Assembly: GCA_043228905.1 (NCBI GenBank)
Contig: JBHGNT010000007.1
Location: forward strand, 22,196,001 to 22,260,000
Origin: Azolla caroliniana
Taxonomy: Eukaryota; Plantae; Polypodiophyta
Direction of reading: 5' to 3'
Length of the DNA stretch: 64,000 nt
The position numbers were made by a program, and so were the translations under genes. The notes under the pieces were generated by a model that made no database searches, was not told the origin of the DNA, and worked only from the letters and a program-made list of their open reading frames with translations. Below, piece by piece: positions 32,495 to 45,731 of this stretch (its first letter is position 1; each line of letters starts with the position of its first letter).

Positions 32495-35491
32495 ATGACT
32501 CACTTAAACCGTCGTGGGAATGATGATGTGTTGTCCTCATATCCACTCTTGCAAAGGAGTGCATCCTATGCAAGTGGCATGTCCGCCTTCGACATTGTGT
32601 CCTCTCATGGCAAGTCTTCATTTTTCAATCATCAATCCACTGTGCACACAGAGAGCTTAAAATGGCAACAAGATGCCTTCCATCGACTCCTTCATCTCTC
32701 TTTCCTTGCTCGAGAAGGCCTCATTCCTCAAAGAGAGGTTCATGATTGTAAGGTTCACATTCTCGATTTCCTTGTTGAGTCATCGCCGCCTCATCCAGAT
32801 GTTGATGAGTGGCCAGAATTTACCCGAGACAAACTCCTTTTTTTGCAGGTTGAAACCCACCATTCAATATAATATTTGTTTGTTCTTTTGTGTGGGTAAG
32901 AATGGGTCTTAAAGGGACCTTTGGATTAAAAGTTGACTAGAGAACAGGGTGGTAGTAGCTAAGAAGATGCCATAAGTTTTTGTGATATAAAGTCAAAATC
33001 GAGGGGTTTGATCGAACCTCTAGAATCACATCATATTTCTCAATGGGGACCTCTTTCTTGTTTATTGAGAGAGCATCATTTTGGGTTATCCAAACCCAAT
33101 ATTTTGGAATCATTTTGGCCTCACAAGATTTGGGTCCAAGTTTTCCCTAATGTGAGCATAATTGTATTTAATAGCCTTAATGTAGATAAGGACATTCATG
33201 AGTAGGATGGGCTTTGCTTGATGAGCCTTGAGGATCTTTAGAGTGCCCTTTGTGGTGTGACCAACACTATCCTAAATATAACCACAGGAACTAGACAAGT
33301 TAGACTTTATTTTTGGAATAGTAGGCATTACTTGAGTTCTCTAATTTTCTTGTGATCTTATACTCTCTTTTTTCTTACATTAACATTAACGATTCTTAGG
33401 AACAATATTGTACTATTTATAGGACCTTCTTTACACGACTTGCATTACTGAAAAAGAGTACCACAATGCAAAGAATACCCTCATCTTGCGTTTGGCTAAC
33501 CAAGGTGCTATGATCGATGCCAGTGATTTCATCTTTGATACAAGTAATCCCTCCAAAGGCTATGCAAAGGTTGTGAAAGACGAAGAACTAAAACCTACAT
33601 TAAGAACACCATCACCACTTAGAAGAGCTAAGGTCAAACCCGAGGACTTTCGCACCTTTAGAACATCACAAATCTCAAATAAGGTAGATGGGAATGATAG
33701 TGTGAAAGCTCCAACACCCTCATCTCCTTTCAAGCATGTGATGGGGACTCTATCTAGATTAAGCAAGTCTCCAAGTAGAAGTAAGAGCCACATCAAGCCC
33801 TCAAGTCCTTTGAAGGCCGAAAAAGTATTTGGGCGATCGCAAATTGCTCGCCCATTCAGCTTTTGGAGAACAGAGCATTGTCCAAAAAGAGATCCTCCAG
33901 CTCCTCTTCATCCCTACCATCACAAAACATCCATGGAAACAATGAAAGAAATTTACGATGTGCCAATTAATCCACAACTTGATCCTAATCTAGAACAAGA
34001 AAATGATAGAATATCCAATCCCTTTTTGGGTTATAAAGATACCCTTCCAAGTGACAAAGATATGCCAATGCTCGATAAAGGATCAACAAAAAGGGTTTTT
34101 TCCAACAATCCTAACAAGTTTAAATCCATGATGAGTGGGTTTATCACGAAGAAACTTGAGCGGTTGGATGTGAAGAAAAAGGAATTAGAAGAAGATGAAC
34201 AAAATCCATTTTTTGCTACTACAGAAGGGAAGTGGCCAACTTTAAAAGATAGTAAACGTGAAGAAGTTATCATGTCCAATAGTGTGCCAAATTCAAGCTT
34301 CCAATATTCTTCCAAGGGAAGTGATTTAGATGATGACAACGATGATGATGAAGATAAATCCTCTTCCCCCCCAAAAAATTACGGATTTGATGACGATGAA
34401 CACAAAATAGATAGTGATAGCGAGAATCAATACCACCATGAATATGAACACCATATGTCGATAAATCTTGTTAACGAAAGTGAAGGACTAGGGGACAATA
34501 CTAGAGATTTTGAAAACAAGATGACTTATTCTTCAAGTGAACCTTCGAATACTCTCGTCAACAAGGTAAAATAAAATTAATGCAATTTTTCAAATAAAAA
34601 GTTAGGCACTCAATTTTATTGATCGTGACTAAAAGTTTTGCAGGTCTTGGGTGAGAACGTGAAAAATGAGCTTTATAGGATTCAAGCTAATATGACCAAG
34701 TTACAACCCGGACAAATGTTCACGTGTGTTCATTTTATGCTTGTATATATATAAATTTTAGTCATCTAAACACTACCTTTTTTGTAACTGATATCTTTTA
34801 TTCAATGACATATCCCAGCAATGAGCAGATAAACATGATAGCAACAAGATTGCCAATGGATAAATCCGAGTTAAGGAAATTCTTTCCTCGGTAAGTAGTG
34901 GGATGGAGAACTCAAATTGATGGTTGATTAACTTATGTTCTTCTTTGCAAACCAATGTGTGCTTAGTGTTTACTTTGTTTTTTTGTTTTTTCAATATGGA
35001 ATAGAGCATGGTGTGACAGATTCGGCGATGTCGTCCTTGAGGTAGTGCAAAGGGAGCTCAAGGAGCATGTAGAAGATATGGAGGTGGCAAAAAAAACGAT
35101 ATTCAAGCCACGAAACATGTCAACATCCGGCTCGCCCCTACAAAAAAATGATGAAAGTATGCAAAGACCATCATTATCACCTAGTATGCAACATAACCAT
35201 GTTAAATATCATACACCCCCACGAAGAAGAACAACAACTGACTTCAACAACAAGTGTGTTGACACAACCCTTGATGGGAATTTCTCATCTATGACCCCTT
35301 ATCCTCAAAGTTCTAACAAACATACAAACAATAGAATTCCAATGAAAGAAAAGCATGTTGCAAAGTTTGCACCACCACAACATGATGTTGGATCTCGGTT
35401 CAATGATTTTAACCTCGAGGAAGAGACTATGAGGATGCCAATGTTACGGAGACGTTATGAATATGGATCAAACTCAAAATTGAGGGCATAA
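32495..35491 (+). CDS. Uncharacterised plant protein, 5 exons
   Basis: Exons ~32495-32848, 33423-34565, 34644-34723, 34819-34890, 35005-35491 with GT-AG junctions giving a continuous frame: RDKLLFLQ|DLLYTTCITEKEYH ... LVNK|VLGENVKNEL ... LPMDKSELRKFFPR|AWCDRFGDVVLEVV. Confidence 0.8.
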
Positions 35492-36080
35492 ATATTGTTC
35501 CTCCTAAAATCAATTTGTTCCTTGTATTTTTCACTTCCTCTTTGCTTTTCTTGTTTTAATCAATTTACTACTAAAACATTTTACCACTAAGTATAATCGT
35601 CATGAAAATCAAATTCAAAACCACATAATCTTGTCCATCAAATTATCAAGAAAAGACATTGTAATATGTAAGAAACCTATAATTGAGGCAATCAACTAAA
35701 AAATCGTGTTGAATACAAATTCAAAATAATGAAATGATGCTTTAAAACTAAAGCTCGAATCTTGAATTGGTTTTGTTAAGCAAAATGTGAAAGAAATGCT
35801 TTATATAGATTGTGTTATAGAGAAAGTTTAAGTCTTAAAATATCTTTAATATGTTACATAAGGCCCATATAAGTCAAGGTTATCTAAGGGTACACAATTG
35901 CCATGGAGAAACAATGAGTGACACCCGAAATAGTTGAAGAAACATTCATCGTTAATTTTCTTTATACATTACATCTCGTGGCCAATCTAAAGGCATCATC
36001 AACTCATGGCATGAATGTTTATGCCCATTAGTTAGAAACAAAATGAATTGGAATAGACTAGGGTGCAAGCCACATGATAT

Positions 36081-36666
36081 TGTGATCATGGTGTATGTAT
36101 TAAGCGCTTGGACTGCACCACAGTTGATCGTGAAGAAGGGTACATCAACAAGGACGTTGTACGGCTAAAGGAACCACGAAGTCGAAATAGCAAGAGCAAA
36201 CCAAAGGAAAGGGAAGCTAATGGGTGACCAAGTGTGAAAGGGCCATACCCTAAGTGTAAATCCTATATAAACCACATTGTGGGACTTTGTAAGGGTTTTT
36301 CCATTTGTAAAAATCTCCCTAATGATTAAGAGCTTAAATTTCCTCTCTTCTCTCTTCTTGTAACCTTTGAGCCTAAGAGAGATTAGTGATTGTGTTTAGT
36401 AGAGAATCAATAATCTCTCGTGCTTGTTGGCGCTAAACCTCTTAGCAAGAGGGATAATAAAGATATTTTTTGCTTCCATTTGTCTATGAGAGCGAGTGAG
36501 TGAGATATTATTGTTAATCATCTTTTAATCGTTAAGTGAGAGTGAGGCTCGAAGGTGAGTGACAACCATCTTCACCCGATTCACCATCAAAAAGGCATAT
36601 GCCAATTCGAGCTCTGCAAACGACATTGGGGAGAGATTAACTCCGTCGATACATAGATTCTACACA
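36081..36666 (+). mobile_element. Probable solo LTR
   Basis: TGTG...CACA termini flanked by ATAT on both sides; CCTATATAAA TATA box at ~36262 followed by CT-rich R/U5-like sequence. Confidence 0.5.
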
Positions 36667-39600
36667 ATATGTTTAAGCATGCATGCATACTTTTTCTTTA
36701 AAGTTTGTCGTTAATTTTATATTAGCAACAAGTCTGAAGTTTTCCACATTAAATCACATGCCCAATTTTTTTGTTGTCGACCATTCTCATTGCTAATTCC
36801 ATTTGATTGCCTCACGAGTCACAATGTCAAAAACTCTAAGCAAATGCTCGATCAATTACTACTTTCTATGATTAATCCCTCCCAAATACTCTAAATAAAT
36901 CCCCAGAAAATTTCTCATTTCCAATGATTTCCATCATCACGATATGCCCAATTTATTATTTATAGCTAATCTATTTCACATAACTACAGTTTTATTATTG
37001 TGAAATGCCCAAATTTAGATTTCATATTCCTTGATCAATCTCTCTTCATTGTTGTAATTAAACGTAGTCAAATGCCCAATTTTAGATCTCGTATTCCCTG
37101 ATCAATTCTTTAATTATTGTCCAAAGCTCTTCTATTCCCCCACAATTGAAATGTAATCAAATGCCAAATGGAACTATTCTTTCCCATCAATTACTCCTAA
37201 TCACTTTTCCTTAACTTACGCATTGGATTAGTATTGTATTAGTGCAAATTTCAACTAGTTCCAATGTATATGCTCACTTTGTAAGTACGTTTCCTTCTCT
37301 TGAAATGTACTTAAGTGTGTTGGTTAATCATTTGTAGTTCTGAATTAAATTAGTTTTGTAAGTGAGTGAAGAGAGGTTTTGTTCTTCCACACAACCTTGT
37401 CTCTTGGAGGCATAAGTACTTTGATTGAGATTAATACATGCACTCGATGTAACACTCCTACCAGTCAATACCATTAATTAATAAGTTAACCTTCATCCCT
37501 CCAGAAGCCTTAAGTGTTAAGTGCATATATATGTAAGAGCAAAACATTCATTGTAATGGTACTAATCAAACCTCAACTAATTAAGGAAGTCACACAACAT
37601 GTACAAGAAGATGAGTGATTAGGGTTTGAGCTAATGATCATTTATCCTTAATCTCTCTAACTCACAATGAATACATGGGGGGTAAGGGGATTAGAAAGAA
37701 CCCAAGCTTAAGCTATAGAAGGGGTTCAAAAATAAAGATTGAAGAAGCACCTAAAAAGTAAAAAACAAAAAGTGCTTTTTATAGCTTTTTACATAGTGTT
37801 TGTCCCCTTTCACATTGAGATGGCCATTTTAGCCTAAATCTTTAGGAGTAAATTTATTCTATCCCCTCCCTTTTCCTAGTCTTGCCCTTAGTGTAGCACC
37901 CACGTTGATTCTGATGTGTATCTTCATGTGTCGTTCTATGTGCAACAAGTAATTAACAAAGGGAAAAACTAGACGTTAAACTTGATAGTTTTTTAACATC
38001 TCAATATCACATTAGTTTTCAATGATTTGCGTTTAAGTTTTTGGTTGATTTTCTCCTTTATCTCTTTAAATTTTTGAATTGGTTCCTTCGTTTTTCGTTT
38101 TCGTTTCTTCTTCTTATTAATTACCCGACTTTAATTAAGCACATAATGACATCAACATCATGCTACAAAGTATACTAAGTATTTGTCAAGGATATAAGGG
38201 ACTTGAAATATCATAGAGAAACATTTCTTCATTATTGTTAGAAATACATCACTGTGGAAAGTCCTAGCACCCCTCACTTTAAAGACTCCTCACCTACCAT
38301 CCAACCAAGCTCATGAGCAAAATGAACTCACATGTAGAATGAGCTCAATAAAGGAGCTCTTCTTTTTTTCATAAAGATTTCCTTCATTAGTATTAAGAAA
38401 AGCGTCGAAGGGCTACAAAAATGTAAAATCAGAGAGTATTATATATAAAAGAAATAGATAGGGCAAGGACCAGGGGTGATGATATTTCCATAACGGTCCT
38501 TGAGAGGAGACTGTAAACAGAGGCAACTTCCTCCATAAGTGCAGTAATTGTTTCCTTTTATTCAGAACAACCTCAAAAGAGCCTGGCATATTGTCATATT
38601 GCCCCCGCACAACCGCCAATAAGCTCCCCCATAATTCCAACAATATATCGGAGAGAAGAGGAATTGTGGAATCATATCGTCTTTTACAACGATACTTCCA
38701 TAATGTAACCGTAGATACGATTTTCCATACATGGGCTGCACGCATTTGCTTGCGAGGTTGCTGGAAAGGGGAGACATTAATTAGATGTCTATTGATGACT
38801 GTCATAGCCTCTAGAGCATCATCTGCTTTATACAACAGGAGACTGGAATGGAGAACTCCCCATACCATTGATCCCCAAGAGAAGAGGCAACCTACATTAA
38901 TTGTCAGGAATAAAGAGAGAACTTTATTCTATACTTGTTGGGCTAGTGAGCATGACCCGAGAGCATGCTTGGTAGTTTCTTGCATGTCACCGCAATAACA
39001 ACATTATCTAAGACTAGTTGCCACATCTCCTTTCAATGATTGACCTACTGGTAGTGTTGCATGTAGTAAAAGCCATCTGAAGAGAATATATTTGGTTGGT
39101 CCCTTGAATGACCAAATCCATTTCCAATATGCCTTCAAATGAATGCTTGAAACACCCCACTTATTCCAGTGCTTTTGAGTTGCAGGAGTTGGAATATTCT
39201 TAGACATGAGTAAGGTTTTGCCAAATTTCACATTGTACTAAAAGAATGGAACTTTCTACAATGGATCCATCATGGGATTGGTCCAGAACCATCCCTCTGG
39301 ATCCCACGTCAGCTTACTGCCTGGTTGTGACTGTGCATATAACCAGAGCATATGCCACAAATTAGTAATTGGATCCACAACCGTAACCAGCTATTGACGG
39401 TTTGGCAATCACCCTAACTAGCACAATGAGCAGGTTCTCTAGTAAATTATTTGAGGGTGTATAAGGCTGCAATTTATTGTCATGTTGAATATGGAAATAA
39501 AAAATACATATGTCTATAGAAATTCCTTTAACATAAAGCATCATGACATTCATAAGGCATCCAAACCACATATGCTCCTGCATTGGTTGAAGTCGTGTTG

Positions 39601-40844
39601 AGGTCTGTGAGAAAGCCGCTAAGATTTCCATTGTCATTGTTTTCGCCCCATATACCGAGTGTAATTGCTTAAGCCGATCCACTTCTGGCATCTGGTAAAA
39701 TTGAATCCAGGATCTCATTGATGTTGTTGGCCCATTGTCAAGTTTTCCCCAAGCAAGACGAGTCCTAAGGCCCAATACATTTCCAACAGAATCCTGGACA
39801 ACATTCATCCCACCATGCCATGTGTCAAGCATCTATTTGTGTAAGAAAATCTTGATTGCATCCCATGCTCTGACGATTCCCAGGAGAAATCTATTGGATG
39901 TCCAATTCTGTCTCGGTGTTTGTGCATCTGCCAAGAACATCCATTTCAAAGAAGGCAACCAGTTTCCTCCCGTCTTGGGAGATAATTGCATCAACTGATT
40001 AAGCAACATACCCTTCCAAGCCTATGTCCTTGGCAACAGTCCTCTAACTACAAACTTTATCATGAGAACTCGAGATTGCATCAAGGGATCAATTAAAGCC
40101 AACCCTCCTTGGCTTTTGGGTCTAATCAAAACATCCCATCCCACCTTGGCCACTGCACGAGACCCATTTTTTCCACCCTAGAGGAAACTGTTACATATGA
40201 GGCTTTGAACTTTCATGATTGGCGAGCTAGAGAACAACCAAACAGATGCAATAAACCACATTGAGGCCAACAACACCGAATTTGTGATCACAACTTGGCC
40301 TACGAAGGATAGGTGTTGAGAGTCCCAATATACTAGCTTACGCTTGATTGATAACAACGATGGTGATAGCATCGCTTCATATGATAAATCTATACCAACA
40401 AGACAACCTAAGTAATGAATGGGTTGCCCATGATTAAGCAAACGGAATGCACAGCCTGGATACCACGGTGGACGTGGTTCATCACTAACCTGTCAAGACT
40501 GAGAGCGAGAAAGAGAGAGAAAAAGAGATAGAGAGATAATTGAAAGAGAATTATTATATTGAAGCGTAAAATGGATTACAAAGAGTAGGCTACAAAATGA
40601 AGTTGAACCAATTTAGGTTTGGGATGGGTGGTAGATCCCTATTTATAAGTAATAGAGAACACTCTAGAATATTCTAGGTTATCCTAGAATGTAGAGTAAT
40701 CTAGAAGATCTCTAGAGTATTCTAGAAGGTTCTAGTGGTATAGAACACTCTAGAATATTCTAGGTCATTCTAGAATGTAGAGTAATATAGAATATTCCTA
40801 TGATATTAGATTTCATATTCTAGAGACTACACATATAAGAATAT

Positions 40845-40899
40845 TAATACAATGGTTAAGGATTTGACATGTGTACAACAAGGTCGTGGGTTCAAATCC
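40845..40899 (+). promoter_or_regulatory. tRNA-like A/B-box relic in chromovirus LTR (repeated at ~46174-46228)
   Basis: TAATACAATGGTTAAG ... AGGTCGTGGGTTCAAATCC, antisense to the element. Confidence 0.55.
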
Positions 40900-40953
40900 T
40901 TTCGAGTCATAATGTGAGTGTCATGATCCTTTCCATGCATGATGTGACTGTTA

Positions 40954-42723
40954 TCATGACACTATCCCCCTTCTTCGACGACACGTCTCACGGATCGTAG
41001 GGTTTGTATTAGGACCTGGTTTACAAGGATATTGGCGATGAAATGCATTGACGAGTTCTGCAGCATTGGAAAGATTTGTGGCAGGTTCCCAAGTTCGATC
41101 ATTGGGGGTATAGCCTAGCCAATTGACTAAGTAATACAGCTTGTTACGCACGATTTTAGAATCGAGAACGACAGCAACTTCAAATTCAGGCCCGTCCAAG
41201 AACTCGATAGGTGGGGGGGGCGGGGGGGGGGGGGGTGTCGTAAGACGGCCCGGAATTGAACTTGTAGTATAAGGTTCCAAAAGGGATACATGAAACACCG
41301 GATGAAGATGCATGTGCGGAGGGAGGTCAAGACGAAATGCAACATCACTTATCTTACCAGTGATCATGTAAGGGCCAAAACGTTGGTAATCCAATTTACT
41401 GCAAGGTCGAGTGGTCTTGATGTTGTGTTGGAGAAGCCATACATGATCCCCAATGCGGAACTTTTTTGAGGAGTCTAGACGATGACGATCGGCAAGCCTC
41501 TTGTGTGTAAATTGAGCATCGTGCAAATTGTGGAGAATGTTAGCTTGAATTTCTTGGAGGCGACTAAGATGATCCTCGGCAGCAGGGTTGGTAGGAACTT
41601 CTAGATGCGCATTCATCGTCCATCGAGGATGACATCCCGTATTTGCGAAAAATGGGGAATATCCTGTAGAAGAATGGGCTGAGTTGTTGTAAGTGAATTC
41701 CGCCAAGTGCAAAAAAGCAACCCAGTCATCTTGTTGATAGTTGATGAAACAACGAAGATATTGTTCCAATGTCTGGTTGGTACGCTCTGTTTGGCCATTT
41801 GTTTCAGGATGATAGCACGAAGAAAGCTTAACTGAAATGTGAAGAAGTTTGAACAGGTGCTTCCAAAACTTTGAGATGAATTGTGGACCACGATCACTAA
41901 TAATATCATTCGGCAGACCATGATGCTTAAATACCTCCCGCATAATGAGATCAGCCGTCTCTTGACTAGTAATCGACTTTGTACATGGCAAGAAATGTGC
42001 CATTTTGGTAAATCGATCAACCACTGTGAGAATTGCATCAAAACCTTTTGAAACTGGGAGATCAGTAATGAAGTCCAAGGATATAGACTTCCAAGAAGTT
42101 TCCGGAATGGGAAGTGGTTGTAGTAAGCCATAGGGTCGGTGACGAGGATTCTTTGATCGACAACATAATTCACAACTCCGAACATACTCCTCAACAAAAT
42201 GACAAAGGTGAGGCCACCAATAGCGTCGAGAAATTAATTCTAAAGTCTTGTGAACTCCAAAATGACCAGCCATTGGTGATTCATGGCAATGTTGCAAAAC
42301 TTGTAGCCGTGGGGGACCATCAGGAACATACAATAAATTTTGTCGAAATAGAAAACCATCATGCCAATAGAACTGAACATAGTCATTACGAGGATTTTTC
42401 GACTGTGAGCAAGAAGCACGATCCGGGACAATATGATCCAAAACATCCTTGGCGAAATCATCAATGGCCATATGATCTCGAATGGAATCAAGAAGAGTGG
42501 AATTTTCAAGAGTTGTTATGGCGTTAACTACCATTAATCGTAATCGATTAGGACCCAAAAGGATTTGTTTTTGATGCTCAAATGCAGGTTCCCCTGGACG
42601 AAGTTCCATACAAGAGCGCCGAGAAAGAGCATCTGCTTTGCCTTGCTGCATCCTAGGGCGATATATGATGATAACGTCGAAGTGAGTCAAAAATTGCGCC
42701 CACCGGGCTTGTCGCCGACTCAA
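40954..42723 (-). CDS. pol: Chromovirus pol C-terminus: RNase H end, integrase, chromodomain
   Basis: KADALSR, H..PMAGH..C..C, SLDFI..DRGPQF..NGQTER, GPY/HPVFHVSLL, EFEVAVVLDSK..YYLVNWLGY..TWEP. Confidence 0.9.
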   Translation of the reverse strand: MSRRQARWAQFLTHFDVIIIYRPRMQQGKADALSRRSCMELRPGEPAFEHQKQILLGPNRLRLMVVNAITTLENSTLLDSIRDHMAIDDFAKDVLDHIVPDRASCSQSKNPRNDYVQFYWHDGFLFRQNLLYVPDGPPRLQVLQHCHESPMAGHFGVHKTLELISRRYWWPHLCHFVEEYVRSCELCCRSKNPRHRPYGLLQPLPIPETSWKSISLDFITDLPVSKGFDAILTVVDRFTKMAHFLPCTKSITSQETADLIMREVFKHHGLPNDIISDRGPQFISKFWKHLFKLLHISVKLSSCYHPETNGQTERTNQTLEQYLRCFINYQQDDWVAFLHLAEFTYNNSAHSSTGYSPFFANTGCHPRWTMNAHLEVPTNPAAEDHLSRLQEIQANILHNLHDAQFTHKRLADRHRLDSSKKFRIGDHVWLLQHNIKTTRPCSKLDYQRFGPYMITGKISDVAFRLDLPPHMHLHPVFHVSLLEPYTTSSIPGRLTTPPPPPPPPPIEFLDGPEFEVAVVLDSKIVRNKLYYLVNWLGYTPNDRTWEPATNLSNAAELVNAFHRQYPCKPGPNTNPTIRETCRRRRGIVS

Positions 42724-42726
42724 GAC

Positions 42727-44520
42727 TCAAGCATTTTGGAAATAAGTCAGGTTCTTATGATCATTGTAGACAATGATCTGTTGAGAAGAACCTTCTAGGA
42801 AATGTCGCCATTGTTGAAACGAATCCACGATTGCAAGAAGCTCTTTGTCATGGATCTCGTAGTTGATCTCTGCAGCTTCAAACTTTCGTGAATGAAAGGC
42901 GACAGGGTGTAGTTGTCCATCATCTCCAGTCTGCGAGAGGACACTCCCTAGTGCAAAATCGGATGCATCGGCTTCGAGGATGAAGCGTTTTGTTGGGTCA
43001 ACATGTGCTAAGATAGGTGCCGTTGTAAATGCTCGTTTTAAGCTTTCGAATGCCTTGGCTGCATCTGAACTCCATATAAATGGTTGATCTTTATGTGTGA
43101 GTTGAGTAAGCGGAAGCACAACCTTGGAATAATCTTTAATAAATTTTCGATAAAAATTTGCAAACCCGAGAAAACATTGCACATCACGCACTGAAAGGGG
43201 CGTTTGCCACTCTAAAATTGCTTGTACCTTCATGGGGTCCATAGCAATACCATTTGACGATACAACATACCCCAAAAATTCCACTTTATTCTGGCCGAAA
43301 CTACACTTTTCTAATTTTGCGTAGAGACCATATTCTCGGAGTCGACGCAGTACTTGACGAACATGTTCATCATGCTCCTCTTGGGTCTTTGAGTAGATTA
43401 AAATATCATCTAGGTAAACTATAGTGAAGATATCAAGAAAATCTCGAAAAATATAGTTCGCCATATGTTGGAAAACAGCAGGTGCATTCGTGAGACCGAA
43501 TGGCATCACTGTATACTCAAAATGTCCATAGCGAGTGCGGAAAGCTGTCTTCCATTCATCCCCCGAGCGAATCCAAACTAGATTATATGCTCCGCGAAGG
43601 TCCAACTTCGTGAAATATTTTGCACCACTGAGACATTCCAAAAGATTCGGGATTAATGGTAGAGCATATCTATTCCGGATAGTCACTTTGTTTAGCCCTC
43701 GATAATCCACGACCAACCGAAGAGTCCCATTCTTCTTCTTAATGAAGAAGATAGGTGCACCAGCAGGGGATCTAGAATGCCGAATGAATCCGTTTGCCAG
43801 ATTTTCATCAATATATTCCCGCAAAGTCTCTAGCTCTACAGGGGAGAGATTATAAATTGGGCCCCATGGAGGTTCTTTCCCTAGTTGTAAGTCAATAGGG
43901 CAGTCGTATGGCCAATGCTCCAACAATGTATTGGCCTTCACCTTATCAAAGACATCTGAAAACTCCTTGTATTTCTCTGGTAGTTTAATATCCGCTTCAC
44001 GTGAAGTGGATGATGGAGTTGCTATTATTGTGAAGACGAACATGGCCTCGTTCCCCCCTTCCTCCCGCAACTGTTGTAAAGAGATGGGCGATAACTCCGG
44101 GGATCTATTATCACATGTAGGAGAGAGGGATGCGGGATTTGTGCTTTTTTCCCGGGTCTCCTCAATTGTTCTTTTCATCCAATCAATCTTCGGGTTATGG
44201 AGTTCAAACCAGGGGAGACCTAGAACTATTGGGTGTTCCGGACTACGAATAATGTTGAAAGAGATTATGCTTGCCAAATTGCCAAGAACTATCCTAATTG
44301 GCTCGGACTCCTCTACTATATCTCCTGATGCTATGGGACGTCCATCAATGACTCCTACGGCTACTGGGTTGGGAAGCATATTCAAGAGGATGTTTTGTGA
44401 CAAGGCAAATTCACGATCCATGAAACAAGAGTTGGCTCCAGAATCTAGAAGGGCAGAGGCTAGGACACGATGACATGTAGATGTGGTAAGCTCGACTTGT
44501 GCTGAAAAAACTCGACTCAC
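42727..44520 (-). CDS. pol: Chromovirus pol N-terminus: protease, RT, RNase H (ends at a premature TGA)
   Basis: [49 protein letters not shown]; the reading frame continues into the integrase ORF after the stop. Confidence 0.9.
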   Translation of the reverse strand: MSRVFSAQVELTTSTCHRVLASALLDSGANSCFMDREFALSQNILLNMLPNPVAVGVIDGRPIASGDIVEESEPIRIVLGNLASIISFNIIRSPEHPIVLGLPWFELHNPKIDWMKRTIEETREKSTNPASLSPTCDNRSPELSPISLQQLREEGGNEAMFVFTIIATPSSTSREADIKLPEKYKEFSDVFDKVKANTLLEHWPYDCPIDLQLGKEPPWGPIYNLSPVELETLREYIDENLANGFIRHSRSPAGAPIFFIKKKNGTLRLVVDYRGLNKVTIRNRYALPLIPNLLECLSGAKYFTKLDLRGAYNLVWIRSGDEWKTAFRTRYGHFEYTVMPFGLTNAPAVFQHMANYIFRDFLDIFTIVYLDDILIYSKTQEEHDEHVRQVLRRLREYGLYAKLEKCSFGQNKVEFLGYVVSSNGIAMDPMKVQAILEWQTPLSVRDVQCFLGFANFYRKFIKDYSKVVLPLTQLTHKDQPFIWSSDAAKAFESLKRAFTTAPILAHVDPTKRFILEADASDFALGSVLSQTGDDGQLHPVAFHSRKFEAAEINYEIHDKELLAIVDSFQQWRHFLEGSSQQIIVYNDHKNLTYFQNA

Positions 44521-44606
44521 TTGATTTGATGAAATGGAACCACGACTAGGAACTAACTCTACATAGCTAGGATGGTCCAGCCAAATGGCTCCTATTTTGG
44601 CCGGAC

Positions 44607-45731
44607 TTACTCGTTTAACACATCCTCTAATTGACTCAAGACATCGAATCTATTCTTATGACATGGACTATGAGGCTTATTTATGTTATTAGAAGTAACA
44701 ATAGAACTCGATGTAGGGTTTTCATGGGCACTTACTTGGTATACTTGACGCCTAGGTTTATGTGGACAATTTACAGCTATATGTCCTGGACCGCCACAAT
44801 ACAGGCAGACGCGATGCGCTCGATGTCGTTGCTTCTCAGCATCTGATAACGGTCCACGACGTTGTGTTGACTCTATTTCCATCGGAGTTGGGCCATCCCT
44901 TGTAATGGGTCTAGAAACTTGTGGAGGCGTTGCGACTACAGAAGTGTAAGTCTGCTCAGGTTGGCGGCGTAACATTTGTTGGCGCTCAGAACGTCGCTCA
45001 AATAGGCGATTATCACATCGCACAGCTCGACTAATGGCTTCTGTAAGTGACTTCGGATTTTCAGGGAAAGTAAGAAGAAGATCTTTGACATCATTTCTCA
45101 AACCTTGACGGAATTGATCCATTAAAGTTGCCTCATCCCAAGGGATATCGCATGCCAAGAGACGGAAATCGGCTACATAAGATGACGCGAGACGATCTCC
45201 TTGTCGGAGCCTTCGAATCTTGTTTATCGTTGTCCTAGTGTTGTCAGTGTCTCCGAAACTAGCTTGAAACTCTTTAACAAATGCCTCGAAATCCTCCAAC
45301 AATGGTGATTTCTTCTCGAGAAGTGGTGCGAACCATGCTAACGTCGTACCGCATAGCAAAGTTCCCACTAATCCCACATGAGCAGCATCAGTTGGATACT
45401 GATTGGGATGTAGCTGAATAACTAGACGAACTTGATTCAAAAAGCCTCGAAATAAAGACCTCGTACCATCAAACTTGGCAGGGAGGCTGATCTTTGGCTC
45501 TCTAGGGGAGTTTTGAGCCCCCGACGCTTGCTCTCGTAATGACAATATAGTCGCCTCGAGTTGATGAACCCGCTGTGATAACTCTTCATATTGTTGAGCT
45601 TTTTCGGCGCTCACGTGTTGTAGATCTCCAAGTAGCCTTTGATTCTCATGCTCTAATGCCACAAATTTATTCGTGAGCATGTCGAGCTCAAAAAGAACAC
45701 GCATGTATTCTTGTTTGCTCACAAACTCCAT
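44607..45731 (-). CDS. gag: Chromovirus gag
   Basis: [40 protein letters not shown] knuckle. Confidence 0.9.
   Translation of the reverse strand: MEFVSKQEYMRVLFELDMLTNKFVALEHENQRLLGDLQHVSAEKAQQYEELSQRVHQLEATILSLREQASGAQNSPREPKISLPAKFDGTRSLFRGFLNQVRLVIQLHPNQYPTDAAHVGLVGTLLCGTTLAWFAPLLEKKSPLLEDFEAFVKEFQASFGDTDNTRTTINKIRRLRQGDRLASSYVADFRLLACDIPWDEATLMDQFRQGLRNDVKDLLLTFPENPKSLTEAISRAVRCDNRLFERRSERQQMLRRQPEQTYTSVVATPPQVSRPITRDGPTPMEIESTQRRGPLSDAEKQRHRAHRVCLYCGGPGHIAVNCPHKPRRQVYQVSAHENPTSSSIVTSNNINKPHSPCHKNRFDVLSQLEDVLNE

Noticed and set aside
41210-41237. Long G run (possible G-quadruplex)
   Set aside because: It is the poly-proline linker before the chromodomain; homopolymer expansion or sequencing noise explains it.
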